A stretch of DNA of 64,000 nucleotides, from NCBI GenBank assembly GCA_012837385.1, contig DURH01000020.1, positions 297,140-361,139 on the forward strand. The letters run 5' to 3'. The position numbers and the translations under genes are program-made. Each line of letters opens with the position of its first letter. The stretch's first letter is position 1. Positions 47,785-56,322 of this stretch are shown here, in pieces. The notes under the pieces are model-generated. The model made no database searches. It was not told the DNA's origin and saw only the letters and a program-made list of their open reading frames with translations. This stretch comes from Bacillota bacterium. Lineage in GTDB: Bacteria > Bacillota > Limnochordia > Darwinibacteriales > Darwinibacteriaceae.

Positions 47785-48286
47785 GAAAGCCTTAGTGTCA
47801 GCACTTTTTGTGTGGGTCCTTCTGACTGCTGCAGTTCAGGGTTCAGGCCAGCTTGAGAAGTCACTGCAGGATTTTGCTGCTCAGATCTACAGCGATTACG
47901 CAGCGGAGTCCTTTGAGGCGGTGTACGCGGTGATGCACCCCAGCGTCAAGGCCTTAGTCACAGAGGACGAATACACTGCGTTCCAACAGCGGCAATTCAG
48001 CCGTTTGAGGCTGAGCATCAGCGATGTGGAAGTGGGGGAAGTAAAGCACAATCCGAGGCTCCCAGCCTCTTTGCGCGCCATCCTCCCTGCAGATGCCAAG
48101 GAGGCGGTCTACGGCATTGAGATAAGCTACCAGGCGAGCTTTGTCAGGGGAATGCGCTTTACCCAGAGGATATCTAAAACCGTCTACGCTGCCATGCTGG
48201 ATCCCCACGGACATGAGCCCACCATGTACTTGCTCTGGGATCCCAAGTCCATGGAGGAAGAGGAGCAGGGTAATGACAGTGATTGA
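47777..48286 (+). CDS. Secreted hypothetical protein embedded in the ABC operon
   Basis: Signal-like MFRKALVSALFVWVLLTAAVQG. Overlaps both the permease (8 nt) and the ATPase gene (14 nt). Acidic tail EEEEQGNDSD. Confidence 0.6.
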   Translation: MFRKALVSALFVWVLLTAAVQGSGQLEKSLQDFAAQIYSDYAAESFEAVYAVMHPSVKALVTEDEYTAFQQRQFSRLRLSISDVEVGEVKHNPRLPASLRAILPADAKEAVYGIEISYQASFVRGMRFTQRISKTVYAAMLDPHGHEPTMYLLWDPKSMEEEEQGNDSD

Positions 48287-49196
48287 TGTCCAAGGCCTCA
48301 CAAAGCGCTACGGCCGCTTTACGGCAGTTGATGGGATTAGTTTCCAGGTAAGCCGCGGGGAGATCTTTGGGTTTCTTGGTCCCAACGGGGTGGGCAAGAC
48401 CTCTACTATCCGAATCTTGACCGGCTTAAGCAGAGCAAGCGAAGGTAAGTGCCAGGTTTTGGGGCAGGAAATGACTCCTGATAACAGGGAGCTTCGCCGC
48501 CGGATCGGGGTGGTGTTTGAAGAGCCCAATTTGTACGCGCGGCTATCGGGCAGGCAGAACCTGGAGTTCTATGCCGCGCTCTATGGGGTGCCTCGCTCCA
48601 GGGGCCTGGAGCTTCTGGAAGAGTTTCAGCTGCTGCAGGCAGGCTCCAAACCGGTGGCTAACTACTCCAAAGGGATGAAGCAGCGACTGCTTATCTGCCG
48701 GGCGCTGCTCAACGATCCTGAGCTCTTAGTATTGGACGAACCCACGAGTGGTCTAGATCTCGCCTCCGTGGAACTGATTAGAGGACGAATCCGCGCCTTT
48801 TCTGAACAGGGGAAGACCGTATTTATGAGCACTCACTCCTTGGAAGAGGCGGATGAGTTGTGTCACCGGGTGGCCTTTGTCAACGAGGGCAGGATAATCG
48901 CCATAGGCGATCCAGCAGACCTGAAGCTGCGCTATGGGCAGGACTATGTGCAGGTGGATCTTATCCCCGTGGTTCCCCACGAGAGGCTGCAGGAAGTACT
49001 TAACGAGCTCAAGATAGTACACTTCACGCAGGAAGGCAGAGTGGTATCGATCACCATAGGCAATGACCACAGCCTGGGCAGCCAAATCGCGGCACTGCAG
49101 AGACTGGGCCGCATCCTGCGCATCCACTCTCAGGAAGCTTCTCTGCGGGAGGTCTTCAAGAAAGTCTTAGGCTTAGGTGAAAAGGATGGTAGATAA
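48273..49196 (+). CDS. ABC transporter ATP-binding protein (ABC-2/DrrA-like)
   Basis: GFLGPNGVGKTST Walker A, YSKGMKQRL signature and LLVLDEPTSGLD Walker B. ATG at 48273. Confidence 0.9.
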   Translation: MTVIDVQGLTKRYGRFTAVDGISFQVSRGEIFGFLGPNGVGKTSTIRILTGLSRASEGKCQVLGQEMTPDNRELRRRIGVVFEEPNLYARLSGRQNLEFYAALYGVPRSRGLELLEEFQLLQAGSKPVANYSKGMKQRLLICRALLNDPELLVLDEPTSGLDLASVELIRGRIRAFSEQGKTVFMSTHSLEEADELCHRVAFVNEGRIIAIGDPADLKLRYGQDYVQVDLIPVVPHERLQEVLNELKIVHFTQEGRVVSITIGNDHSLGSQIAALQRLGRILRIHSQEASLREVFKKVLGLGEKDGR

Positions 49197-49730
49197 ATGG
49201 CTGGAGAAGTAAATTTCGTCAGGGCACATATCGATCAGCTGACGGAGATTATGGAGATTGTGGCGGAAGCGCAGGAGTATTTCAGGAAAAGTGGAATCGA
49301 TCAGTGGCAAAATGGCTATCCCAACGAGGAGATTATCGCAGGGGATATCCAAGCTGGGAACAGCTATGTTTTAATTAGTGGTGGACGGATTATCGCCACA
49401 GCGGCTTTAACTTTCGGAGATGATCCCAACTACACCGAGATTGTAGATGGAACGTGGCTTAGCCCTGGTCCCTATGGTGCTCTGCACCGCATCGCCCTGC
49501 GCGGTGAGTACAAGGGGCAGGGCCTGTCTTCCCGCGTCCTTGCTGAGATGACTGAGATCTGCCTGGAGAGGGGAGTATACAGCCTGCGCAGTGACACGCA
49601 CCGAGATAATACCTCCATGCAGAGGATGCTGGATAAAAACGGTTTTAAGCTCTGTGGGGTAATCCATCTCGCGGATGGCAGCCCCCGGCTGGCCTTTGAA
49701 AAGATCCTGAACAGGAAAGGAAGAGGCTAA
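49197..49730 (+). CDS. GNAT-family N-acetyltransferase
   Basis: Acetyl-CoA binding block RGEYKGQGLSSRVLAEM...MQRMLDKNGFKLCG. Confidence 0.8.
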   Translation: MAGEVNFVRAHIDQLTEIMEIVAEAQEYFRKSGIDQWQNGYPNEEIIAGDIQAGNSYVLISGGRIIATAALTFGDDPNYTEIVDGTWLSPGPYGALHRIALRGEYKGQGLSSRVLAEMTEICLERGVYSLRSDTHRDNTSMQRMLDKNGFKLCGVIHLADGSPRLAFEKILNRKGRG

Positions 49731-49742
49731 GCAGCCTCTTCC
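49719..49742. terminator. 10-bp perfect hairpin straddling the overlapping convergent stop codons of the GNAT and MATE genes
   Basis: GGAAGAGGCT-AAGC-AGCCTCTTCC. No clear U-tract on either strand. Confidence 0.35.
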
Positions 49743-51130
49743 ATGGTTGTCTTCTTCAAACTCTTGGTGCGCCATGCACCCTTTCTGAAAAGAGCATAGG
49801 TGATGAGAGCACCCAATGTCCAGCTGACCAGCAGGGAGATGAAGGTCGACTCTGGCCGCCCCGTAGGATACTGTGGGCTTCTGGTGAAGTAGGCGAGGCC
49901 ATAGGCCAGGGGTACCCGGAGAACCACAGTAGTGATGACGGAGATCCACATGGGTGTCATCGTATCGCCTGCTCCGCGCATCACACCTGACAGGCACTGG
50001 GTTACTGCCATGGCGATATAGCCAAAAGCCAGAATCCTCAGCATGCGCTGGCTTAGGAGCACCAATTCAGGAGTATCGGTGAAAACCCTCATAAGGTAAT
50101 GCCCGAAGAAGAGCAGGACAATGGTGATGACAGTCGACACTCCCACAGCGATCAAGGTTCCGTCTTTGGTTCCTTTTTCAACTCTGTCCAGTTTGCGCGC
50201 CCCGATATTCTGGCCCGCGAAAGTGGTCATGGCGCTGCCAAACGAAAAGTTGGGCATCATGGCAAAGCCGTCTACACGCATGACAATGACGTTGCAGGCA
50301 ATGACCAGTTCTCCAAAGCTGTTGGTCAGCGATTGCACCATGATCATGGCCATGGAGAAGATGGCCTGAGTCAGCCCTGAGGGCAGTCCGAGCTTGATTA
50401 CGGTCAAGGAGAGCTCTTTGTCCAGTTTGAGCATGGGAAGGTTGAGATCGAAATGCTCTTTCATCTTAGCCAGCCGAATCATGCACAGTACCGCTGAGAG
50501 GCCTTGGGCGATCGCAGTGGCTAGAGCGACACCTGGAACTCCCATCCCGAACCTTGCCACGAAGACAATGTCGAGAGCAACGTTGAGGATGGTACTGACC
50601 AGCAGGAACACTAGGGCGGATATGGAGTCACCGAGTCCTCGGAGGATGCCTGACAGGATATTGAAGTATAAAAACCCGACGCTTCCGATGAACAGAATGT
50701 TGAGATAGCCCACACACCAGTCGATAATGGAAGCAGGGGTATTAAGCAGCTCCAGCAGTGGGCGGCTGACTAGAGGCCCAATCACCATGATGATGGCCGA
50801 GGTGATGGCAGTCAAGGTGATACAATTGCCGATGGTGCGGGAAAGACTGGCGCGGTCTTTGGCTCCAAAGTATTGGGCCACCATGATCCCCGCGCCAACC
50901 GCGACGCCCACAAATAACACCAAGAGCAGATTGAGGATTGGCCCGGCACTGCCCACGGCAGCCAAGGCGTTATCGCCAATGTAGCGCCCAACGATGATGG
51001 AGTCAGCTGTATTGTAGAACTGCTGGGCGATATTGCCGATTAACATGGGGATAGAGAACTCAACGATGCGTTTCCAAGGAGTACCCTCCGTCAAATCTCG
51101 AGCTGCAAACAATGCTCTAGCCTTGGCCAT
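49727..51130 (-). CDS. MATE-family efflux transporter
   Basis: PWKRIVEFSIPMLIGNIAQQFYNTADSIIVGRYIG is a typical MATE N-terminus. 12 TM. ATG at 51130 follows GAGGAGG. Confidence 0.85.
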   Translation of the reverse strand: MAKARALFAARDLTEGTPWKRIVEFSIPMLIGNIAQQFYNTADSIIVGRYIGDNALAAVGSAGPILNLLLVLFVGVAVGAGIMVAQYFGAKDRASLSRTIGNCITLTAITSAIIMVIGPLVSRPLLELLNTPASIIDWCVGYLNILFIGSVGFLYFNILSGILRGLGDSISALVFLLVSTILNVALDIVFVARFGMGVPGVALATAIAQGLSAVLCMIRLAKMKEHFDLNLPMLKLDKELSLTVIKLGLPSGLTQAIFSMAMIMVQSLTNSFGELVIACNVIVMRVDGFAMMPNFSFGSAMTTFAGQNIGARKLDRVEKGTKDGTLIAVGVSTVITIVLLFFGHYLMRVFTDTPELVLLSQRMLRILAFGYIAMAVTQCLSGVMRGAGDTMTPMWISVITTVVLRVPLAYGLAYFTRSPQYPTGRPESTFISLLVSWTLGALITYALFRKGAWRTKSLKKTTMEEAA

Positions 51131-51285
51131 ACACAACCTCCTCTAAATGAAAAACAGAAGCCTGGAGCGGCTCCTAAATGGATGATAACACTAGCTAGAT
51201 TCTAATACTCCTCAGCTCTTCTGTCAATGGGGCAGATAGTTGGCGAAAGTGCTGAACGAGAAGGTTTAAAGGTGGGGGTGAGCGG

Positions 51286-53553
51286 TTGGACGCAAAGGAA
51301 TTCCAACGGGAACAGCAGTGGCTGGACAGGGTTTACCACGAGATAGATAAGCAGCTGGCTTACCAGCAGGATAAGGTAGAGGGGTTCTACCAAGAAATGC
51401 TGGATATCCGGCGCACTTTGAGTGAAGATCACGCCATCAGTTCAGCCAGCTCCAAAAGGATGATGGATGTGGCCCAGCGCATCGCAGAGCTTAGGCAGGG
51501 TGCCACGGAATTTGGTGTGGAACACCGCCGACTTGGTAATCTGCGGGCCCTGGAGAGGAATCCTTACTTCGGCCGCATCGATTTCCATGAAGAAGGAACG
51601 CCTTTTGGAGAACCGTTATATATAGGTGTACGTACATTATTGGATGAAGAAACAGGATCGCCACTGGTGTACGATTGGCGGGCACCCATCTCCAGCATGT
51701 TTTACGACTATGGGTTGGGCGAGGCGCAGTATGAAGGCCCTGGAGGCGTGTTCCGCGGCAGGATCACACTGAAACGTCAGTACCGGATTAAGAACCGCAG
51801 ACTAGTCTACATGTTTGACAACGACCTTACCATTGATGACGAGGTTCTCCAGGAAGTCCTGGGGCAAAGCACTACCGACAAGATGCGGACCATCGTGAAC
51901 ACCATCCAGCGTGAGCAGAATCGGGCAATCCGCAACGACGAAGATCGAAGGCTTCTGGTGGAAGGAGCGGCAGGCAGCGGAAAGACCGCTGTTGCTCTGC
52001 ATCGCATCGCTTATCTACTCTACAAGTATCGCGACAGCATGCAAGCTGAAAACATCCTTGTGTTTTCGCCCAATCGGATCTTCGGTGACTATATCTCCCA
52101 GGTATTGCCTGATTTGGGGGAGGAAAACGTGCCGCAGATCACCTTCCAGGAATTTGCCGAGTCCTTTTTCAACTGGGAATGGGAGGTGGAGACGCAGGTT
52201 TCCTATCTGGAGCAGTTGGTTGCCAAAGGCGAGAAGGAACGGGAACTTCGCCTCCAGAGCTGCAGCTTCAAATCATCAGCGGCCTTCCAAATGGTTTTGA
52301 ACCAGTTGATCGACTTGGTGAGCAAGGAAGTGTCTCGTTTTGAGGATGTCTATGTGGGAAGTACACTACTCATCTCTGGGCAGGAGCAGGCTAGTCTCTT
52401 TTCAGAAAACTACGCCTATCTTCCAGTACAGAAGCGTCTATTCAAGATCCGCCAGCGCATCCTGCATCTGCTCAGACCGTGGAAAAAACGGCGCATCCGT
52501 GCTGTGTTCAGCCGTATCCAGAGGGCAGAAGCTTTTGAGGGTGAGTCCTGGCTGAGTAAGGCCAGGGAAGCGGTGGGGAGAGTCAGGGGCGAACTGCGTC
52601 CTCTCTTGACACTGCTGGAAAGCCGCTATACGCTGGAGAGCATCGTCTGGTATAAACGGTTGTGGGAAGATCCTCGCCTCTGGGAGTGCCTGGCAGGAGA
52701 CCTGCGGATCCCTCCTGGGGCGAAAGACAGCATCCAAACGTTAGATCGAGGCGTTATCTCCTTTGAAGATGCGGCACCCCTCCTGTATCTTAAGGGCGAA
52801 CTGGAGGGCTATCCTGTGCGGCGCAGTGTTAGGCATGTGGTGATCGATGAGGTTCAGGACTACGCGCCGCTGCAGCTTCAGGCTGTTCTCAACACCTTCC
52901 CAACCGCCCGCTGCACATTAGTGGGGGATGTTTTCCAATCGTTGAATCCCTACGTCTGGGGAAGCGGCGGTGATCGGTTGGAGGATGTGTTCTCCGGTTT
53001 GGGCTTAAGCACGGTGCGGTTGAACAAGAGCTACAGATCTACTGAGGAAATCTTTCGGTTCTGCAGCGCGATCTTGGGGAGATCTCCAGCAGAGACAGTG
53101 CTGAGAACTGGCAGGAAGCCAACCGTCCACTGGGCGGCAAAGGACAAGCAGATTCAGTTGATTTCCCAGCTGATCCAAGCCAATCGCAGCTCCGGGTATG
53201 AAACCATAGCGGTGATCGCAAAAACAGCCCAGGAGTGCAGGGAAATCCACCAGGCCCTAAGCAGAGGTGAGGATGGGCTTAGGCCCACTCTACTCGTTAA
53301 AGAAAGCGATGAGTTCCAAAAGGGCGTGTTGGTGCTTCCCGTGGCCTTGGCCAAGGGGCTGGAGTTTGATGCTGTGGTGATTGCGGATGCGAGCGTAGGG
53401 GCATTCAGCGCCGCCTACGATCGGCGCCTGTTGTATGTAGCCTGCAGCAGAGCCATGCACAATCTGGACTTGGTCTGCGTCGGGGACAAGGCTCCCTTGA
53501 TCGAGAACCTATCCGCGGGACTATATCATCTTGATCAAACACTGCTGTCATGA
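51286..53553 (+). CDS. helD: HelD-like UvrD/Rep superfamily-1 helicase (helicase IV; RNA polymerase recycling factor family)
   Basis: N-terminal coiled-coil region. Walker A EGAAGSGKTAVALHRIAYLL, motif II VIDEVQDYAPLQ and C-terminal LAKGLEFDAVVI...LLYVACSRAMHNL. TTG start. Confidence 0.8.
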   Translation: MDAKEFQREQQWLDRVYHEIDKQLAYQQDKVEGFYQEMLDIRRTLSEDHAISSASSKRMMDVAQRIAELRQGATEFGVEHRRLGNLRALERNPYFGRIDFHEEGTPFGEPLYIGVRTLLDEETGSPLVYDWRAPISSMFYDYGLGEAQYEGPGGVFRGRITLKRQYRIKNRRLVYMFDNDLTIDDEVLQEVLGQSTTDKMRTIVNTIQREQNRAIRNDEDRRLLVEGAAGSGKTAVALHRIAYLLYKYRDSMQAENILVFSPNRIFGDYISQVLPDLGEENVPQITFQEFAESFFNWEWEVETQVSYLEQLVAKGEKERELRLQSCSFKSSAAFQMVLNQLIDLVSKEVSRFEDVYVGSTLLISGQEQASLFSENYAYLPVQKRLFKIRQRILHLLRPWKKRRIRAVFSRIQRAEAFEGESWLSKAREAVGRVRGELRPLLTLLESRYTLESIVWYKRLWEDPRLWECLAGDLRIPPGAKDSIQTLDRGVISFEDAAPLLYLKGELEGYPVRRSVRHVVIDEVQDYAPLQLQAVLNTFPTARCTLVGDVFQSLNPYVWGSGGDRLEDVFSGLGLSTVRLNKSYRSTEEIFRFCSAILGRSPAETVLRTGRKPTVHWAAKDKQIQLISQLIQANRSSGYETIAVIAKTAQECREIHQALSRGEDGLRPTLLVKESDEFQKGVLVLPVALAKGLEFDAVVIADASVGAFSAAYDRRLLYVACSRAMHNLDLVCVGDKAPLIENLSAGLYHLDQTLLS

Positions 53554-53582
53554 TAGAATAATTTGTGAAAAACAAATCAACT

Positions 53583-53790
53583 GGAGGAGCGCAATGTTCA
53601 ACTAACCAATATGGCACATTTCAGACTGGTGAACGGGGCCTTGAACGAGGCTTAGTTTGTGGTCGCCATATTGGGTAGATGAATTGCTCTTCGGGTGGGA
53701 TTTCCCACGCCTTAGCTTTGCTATTTGTCTGCTTACCTTGGTTTAAGCAGACTTTTTTTACCCTCCTGTGGCGATCGGGGAGGTAGAATT
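53583..53790 (+). promoter_or_regulatory. Attenuator-like leader of the ABC-F gene (mini-ORFs, alternative helices, terminator, anti-SD hairpin)
   Basis: GGAGGAG then ATG TTC AAC TAA (53594-53605). 14-codon ORF at 53611-53655. 10-bp helix CCAATATGGC (53606-15) / GCCATATTGG (53665-74). Terminator at 53727-53759. CCTCC (53762-66) can pair with the ABC-F SD GGAGG (53778-82). Confidence 0.55.
53727..53759 (+). terminator. Leader terminator upstream of the ABC-F gene
   Basis: GTCTGCTTA-loop(8)-TAAGCAGAC followed by T7. Lies 32 nt before the ABC-F start codon. Confidence 0.8.
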
Positions 53791-55344
53791 ATGCTGATAA
53801 TCAAAGACCTGACGCTGACTATGACCAAGGACCTCAGGGTTCTACTGGACGATTTTAACTTTTCCCTACAACCGGATATGAAAGCTGCCTTGATTGGAGA
53901 AGAAGGGAATGGTAAATCCACTCTGCTCAAGGCGATTGCTGAGCCAGAGGCACTTCAGGGCTATATGGAAATCAAAGGTGAAATCATCACTAGTGGGGAA
54001 GTCTTGGGCTACTTACCCCAAGTTCTCTCCGATGCCATCCTTCATCAAAGCACGAAACGCTATTTCGAAGATCGCGTCAACTGGGAGGACTTCGATTACT
54101 CCGCCTTCTACAGGCTTTTGGGGGAGATCGGCTTCCCCGAGGACCGCATTTCCCCTGACCTGCAGCTGCGCCAGCTGTCAGGGGGTGAAAAGATCAAGTT
54201 CCTGCTGCTTTGTGAAATGATAAAGCGGCCCACCCTGCTCCTATTGGATGAGCCCAGTAATGACCTGGATCTGGAGTCAGTTCAGTGGCTGGAGGGGTTT
54301 ATCCGAGATGCCAAGGTGCCGGTTATGTTTGTCTCCCACGATGAACTGCTGCTGCAACGCTGCGCCAACACAATCATTCATTTGGAGCAGCTCATGCGCA
54401 AGCGAAAACCACAGTACACCATCGCCAGGCTCAGTTATGGTGAGTATGTGAAGAATCGTGATGAGCGCATTGTTAGGCAGACCCGTCTTGCCCGCAAGGA
54501 ACGGGAGGAGTATGAAGCCAAAATGGAGCGCTACCGCAGGATCTATGAAAAGGTTCAGCATGGATTGCGGTCAGTTTCCCGGCAGGCACCATCCACAGCG
54601 AAGAATCTCAAGGATAAAATGCATTCTGTAAAGGCTCAGGGTAAGCGCTTGCAGAAAGAAGGGGAACAGCTCGCCAAACGCCCTGACTTCGAGGAAAGCA
54701 TCAATGTCATCTTTGACCAGGATCTAACTGTTCCGAGGGGTAAGGTGATCGTTGATCTGCACCTGGAGCCCCTACAGGCCGGGGGGCGTATCCTCAGCCG
54801 CAGCGTGAGCCTGCAGATTGCGGGCTCCCAGAAAGTGTGCATCGTGGGCGCCAATGGGGCCGGAAAAACCACTTTGCTCCGAGAGGTGTTGCGGGAGGTG
54901 GCCGCGAGGGGGCTGAACTATGGGTACATGCCGCAGGATTACACTGAGCATATGGACCCTCAGCAGAACGCCGTGGAGTTCCTCACCCGGTCTGGGACGA
55001 AGGAGGAGCTAACCACGATCCGCACTTACCTGGGGAGCATGAACTTCACTGCCGAAGAGATGTACCACCCCTTGACAGAGCTATCCGGGGGACAGCGAGC
55101 CAAGCTCTATTTCGCCAAGATGATTCTGGAGCGGGCGGAAGTGTTGGTGCTGGATGAACCTACTCGCAATCTATCACCCCTTTCAGGCCCCGAGATTCGT
55201 GCGGCTCTGAAGGAGTTTGGAGGGTGCATCATCGCGGTATCCCACGATCGCAAGTTTATCAGCGAAGTGTTCCAAGAGGTGCTGCAGCTAGATGGGGAAG
55301 GTTTGCATCCCGTTGGTTTTCTCAGCCAGTTCCAGGATATTTAG
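53791..55344 (+). CDS. ABC-F family ATPase (two ABC domains, no TM; possible ribosome-protection/ARE type)
   Basis: Walker A GEEGNGKST and GANGAGKTT, signatures LSGGEKIK and LSGGQRAK, and a basic, about 90-aa interdomain linker. ATG at 53791 follows GGGGAGG. Confidence 0.88.
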   Translation: MLIIKDLTLTMTKDLRVLLDDFNFSLQPDMKAALIGEEGNGKSTLLKAIAEPEALQGYMEIKGEIITSGEVLGYLPQVLSDAILHQSTKRYFEDRVNWEDFDYSAFYRLLGEIGFPEDRISPDLQLRQLSGGEKIKFLLLCEMIKRPTLLLLDEPSNDLDLESVQWLEGFIRDAKVPVMFVSHDELLLQRCANTIIHLEQLMRKRKPQYTIARLSYGEYVKNRDERIVRQTRLARKEREEYEAKMERYRRIYEKVQHGLRSVSRQAPSTAKNLKDKMHSVKAQGKRLQKEGEQLAKRPDFEESINVIFDQDLTVPRGKVIVDLHLEPLQAGGRILSRSVSLQIAGSQKVCIVGANGAGKTTLLREVLREVAARGLNYGYMPQDYTEHMDPQQNAVEFLTRSGTKEELTTIRTYLGSMNFTAEEMYHPLTELSGGQRAKLYFAKMILERAEVLVLDEPTRNLSPLSGPEIRAALKEFGGCIIAVSHDRKFISEVFQEVLQLDGEGLHPVGFLSQFQDI

Positions 55345-55394
55345 GAGGCTTTGAGAGGATAATAGGGGCAAAACGCGAACGGAGGCGATGCAGC

Positions 55395-56312
55395 CTGATA
55401 GCCCTCAGCTCCCTCAGCCTTGATCAGGTTAGGCGGCGCATTGAAGACGTCTTGACTGCTTCCGGCGGTGCACAACAGGTTCTTGCCTATGTGAGAGAAT
55501 CTCAGGGGAAGGGCCTGCGCCCCGCTTTGGTGCTCTTGGCCTATGAACTGTGCGGCGGTGAGTTAACAGAACCTGCCTTGGACGCTGCCGCTGGAGCAGA
55601 GCTGGTCCATATGGCTTCACTGATCCATGATGATGTGGTTGACGATGGCGAGGTCCGCCGAGGCAGGCCTGCTCTGCACCGCAAATTCGGGAGGCAGATA
55701 GCTGTCCTTACTGGCGACCATCTCTTTGCAGCAGCATTCCATCTCTTTAACCTGGTTCCTGACAGCGCAGTGGCCAGGCTCATGACGGAAGTGATCCAAG
55801 ACATGTGTCTGGGTGAGATAGGGCAGCTGATCAGCCCCGCGGTGAACGAAGAAGGATACTACAACTACATCTACTGCAAAACTGCTCGCCTGATCGGAGG
55901 ATGCTGCCGCTTGGGCGCGATGCTGGCTGGGCAGGATGCGATGTGTGGTGCGGAGCTCCAAACGGTTGGCGAAAGCATCGGCCTGGCCTATCAGCTTACT
56001 GACGATGTACTTGACTATCGGGGTGAGGCGGCTGTCATGGGAAAGCAGGTTGGGCGTGATTTTGCTGAGGGAATCTGGACCCTGCCCATCATCCGCGCCT
56101 ATGCCAGACGGCTTCTGCCAATCAATTGGGCGGACCGAGATTTTCGGGAAGTGCAGGGCATCTTGGAGCACTACGGTTTGCTTTCTGAAGTGTGGCAGCA
56201 GGCAGAGGAACACCTGGCCAGGGCCATGAGCATCCTGGAACTCTTTCCTTGGTCTTCTGCCCGTCAAAAGCTGCTGGATTTGTGTCAGCGCATATCCCAG
56301 CGCCAGGCCTAG
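55395..56312 (+). CDS. trans-Polyprenyl diphosphate synthase (heptaprenyl/long-chain type; chain length not determinable)
   Basis: FARM LIHDDVVDDGEVRRGRP and SARM YQLTDDVLDY. The start is uncertain. The only in-frame canonical start (GTG 55224) overlaps the ABC-F gene by 121 nt. GGAGG at 55381-85 lies 9 nt before an in-frame CTG at 55395, and there is a TTG at 55452. Confidence 0.8.
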   Translation: MIALSSLSLDQVRRRIEDVLTASGGAQQVLAYVRESQGKGLRPALVLLAYELCGGELTEPALDAAAGAELVHMASLIHDDVVDDGEVRRGRPALHRKFGRQIAVLTGDHLFAAAFHLFNLVPDSAVARLMTEVIQDMCLGEIGQLISPAVNEEGYYNYIYCKTARLIGGCCRLGAMLAGQDAMCGAELQTVGESIGLAYQLTDDVLDYRGEAAVMGKQVGRDFAEGIWTLPIIRAYARRLLPINWADRDFREVQGILEHYGLLSEVWQQAEEHLARAMSILELFPWSSARQKLLDLCQRISQRQA

Positions 56313-56322
56313 ATCAGGCCTG
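56304..56322. terminator. 7-bp hairpin straddling the overlapping convergent stop codons (CTAG) of the polyprenyl synthase and ytpB-like genes
   Basis: CAGGCCT-AGATC-AGGCCTG. No U-tract. Confidence 0.3.
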
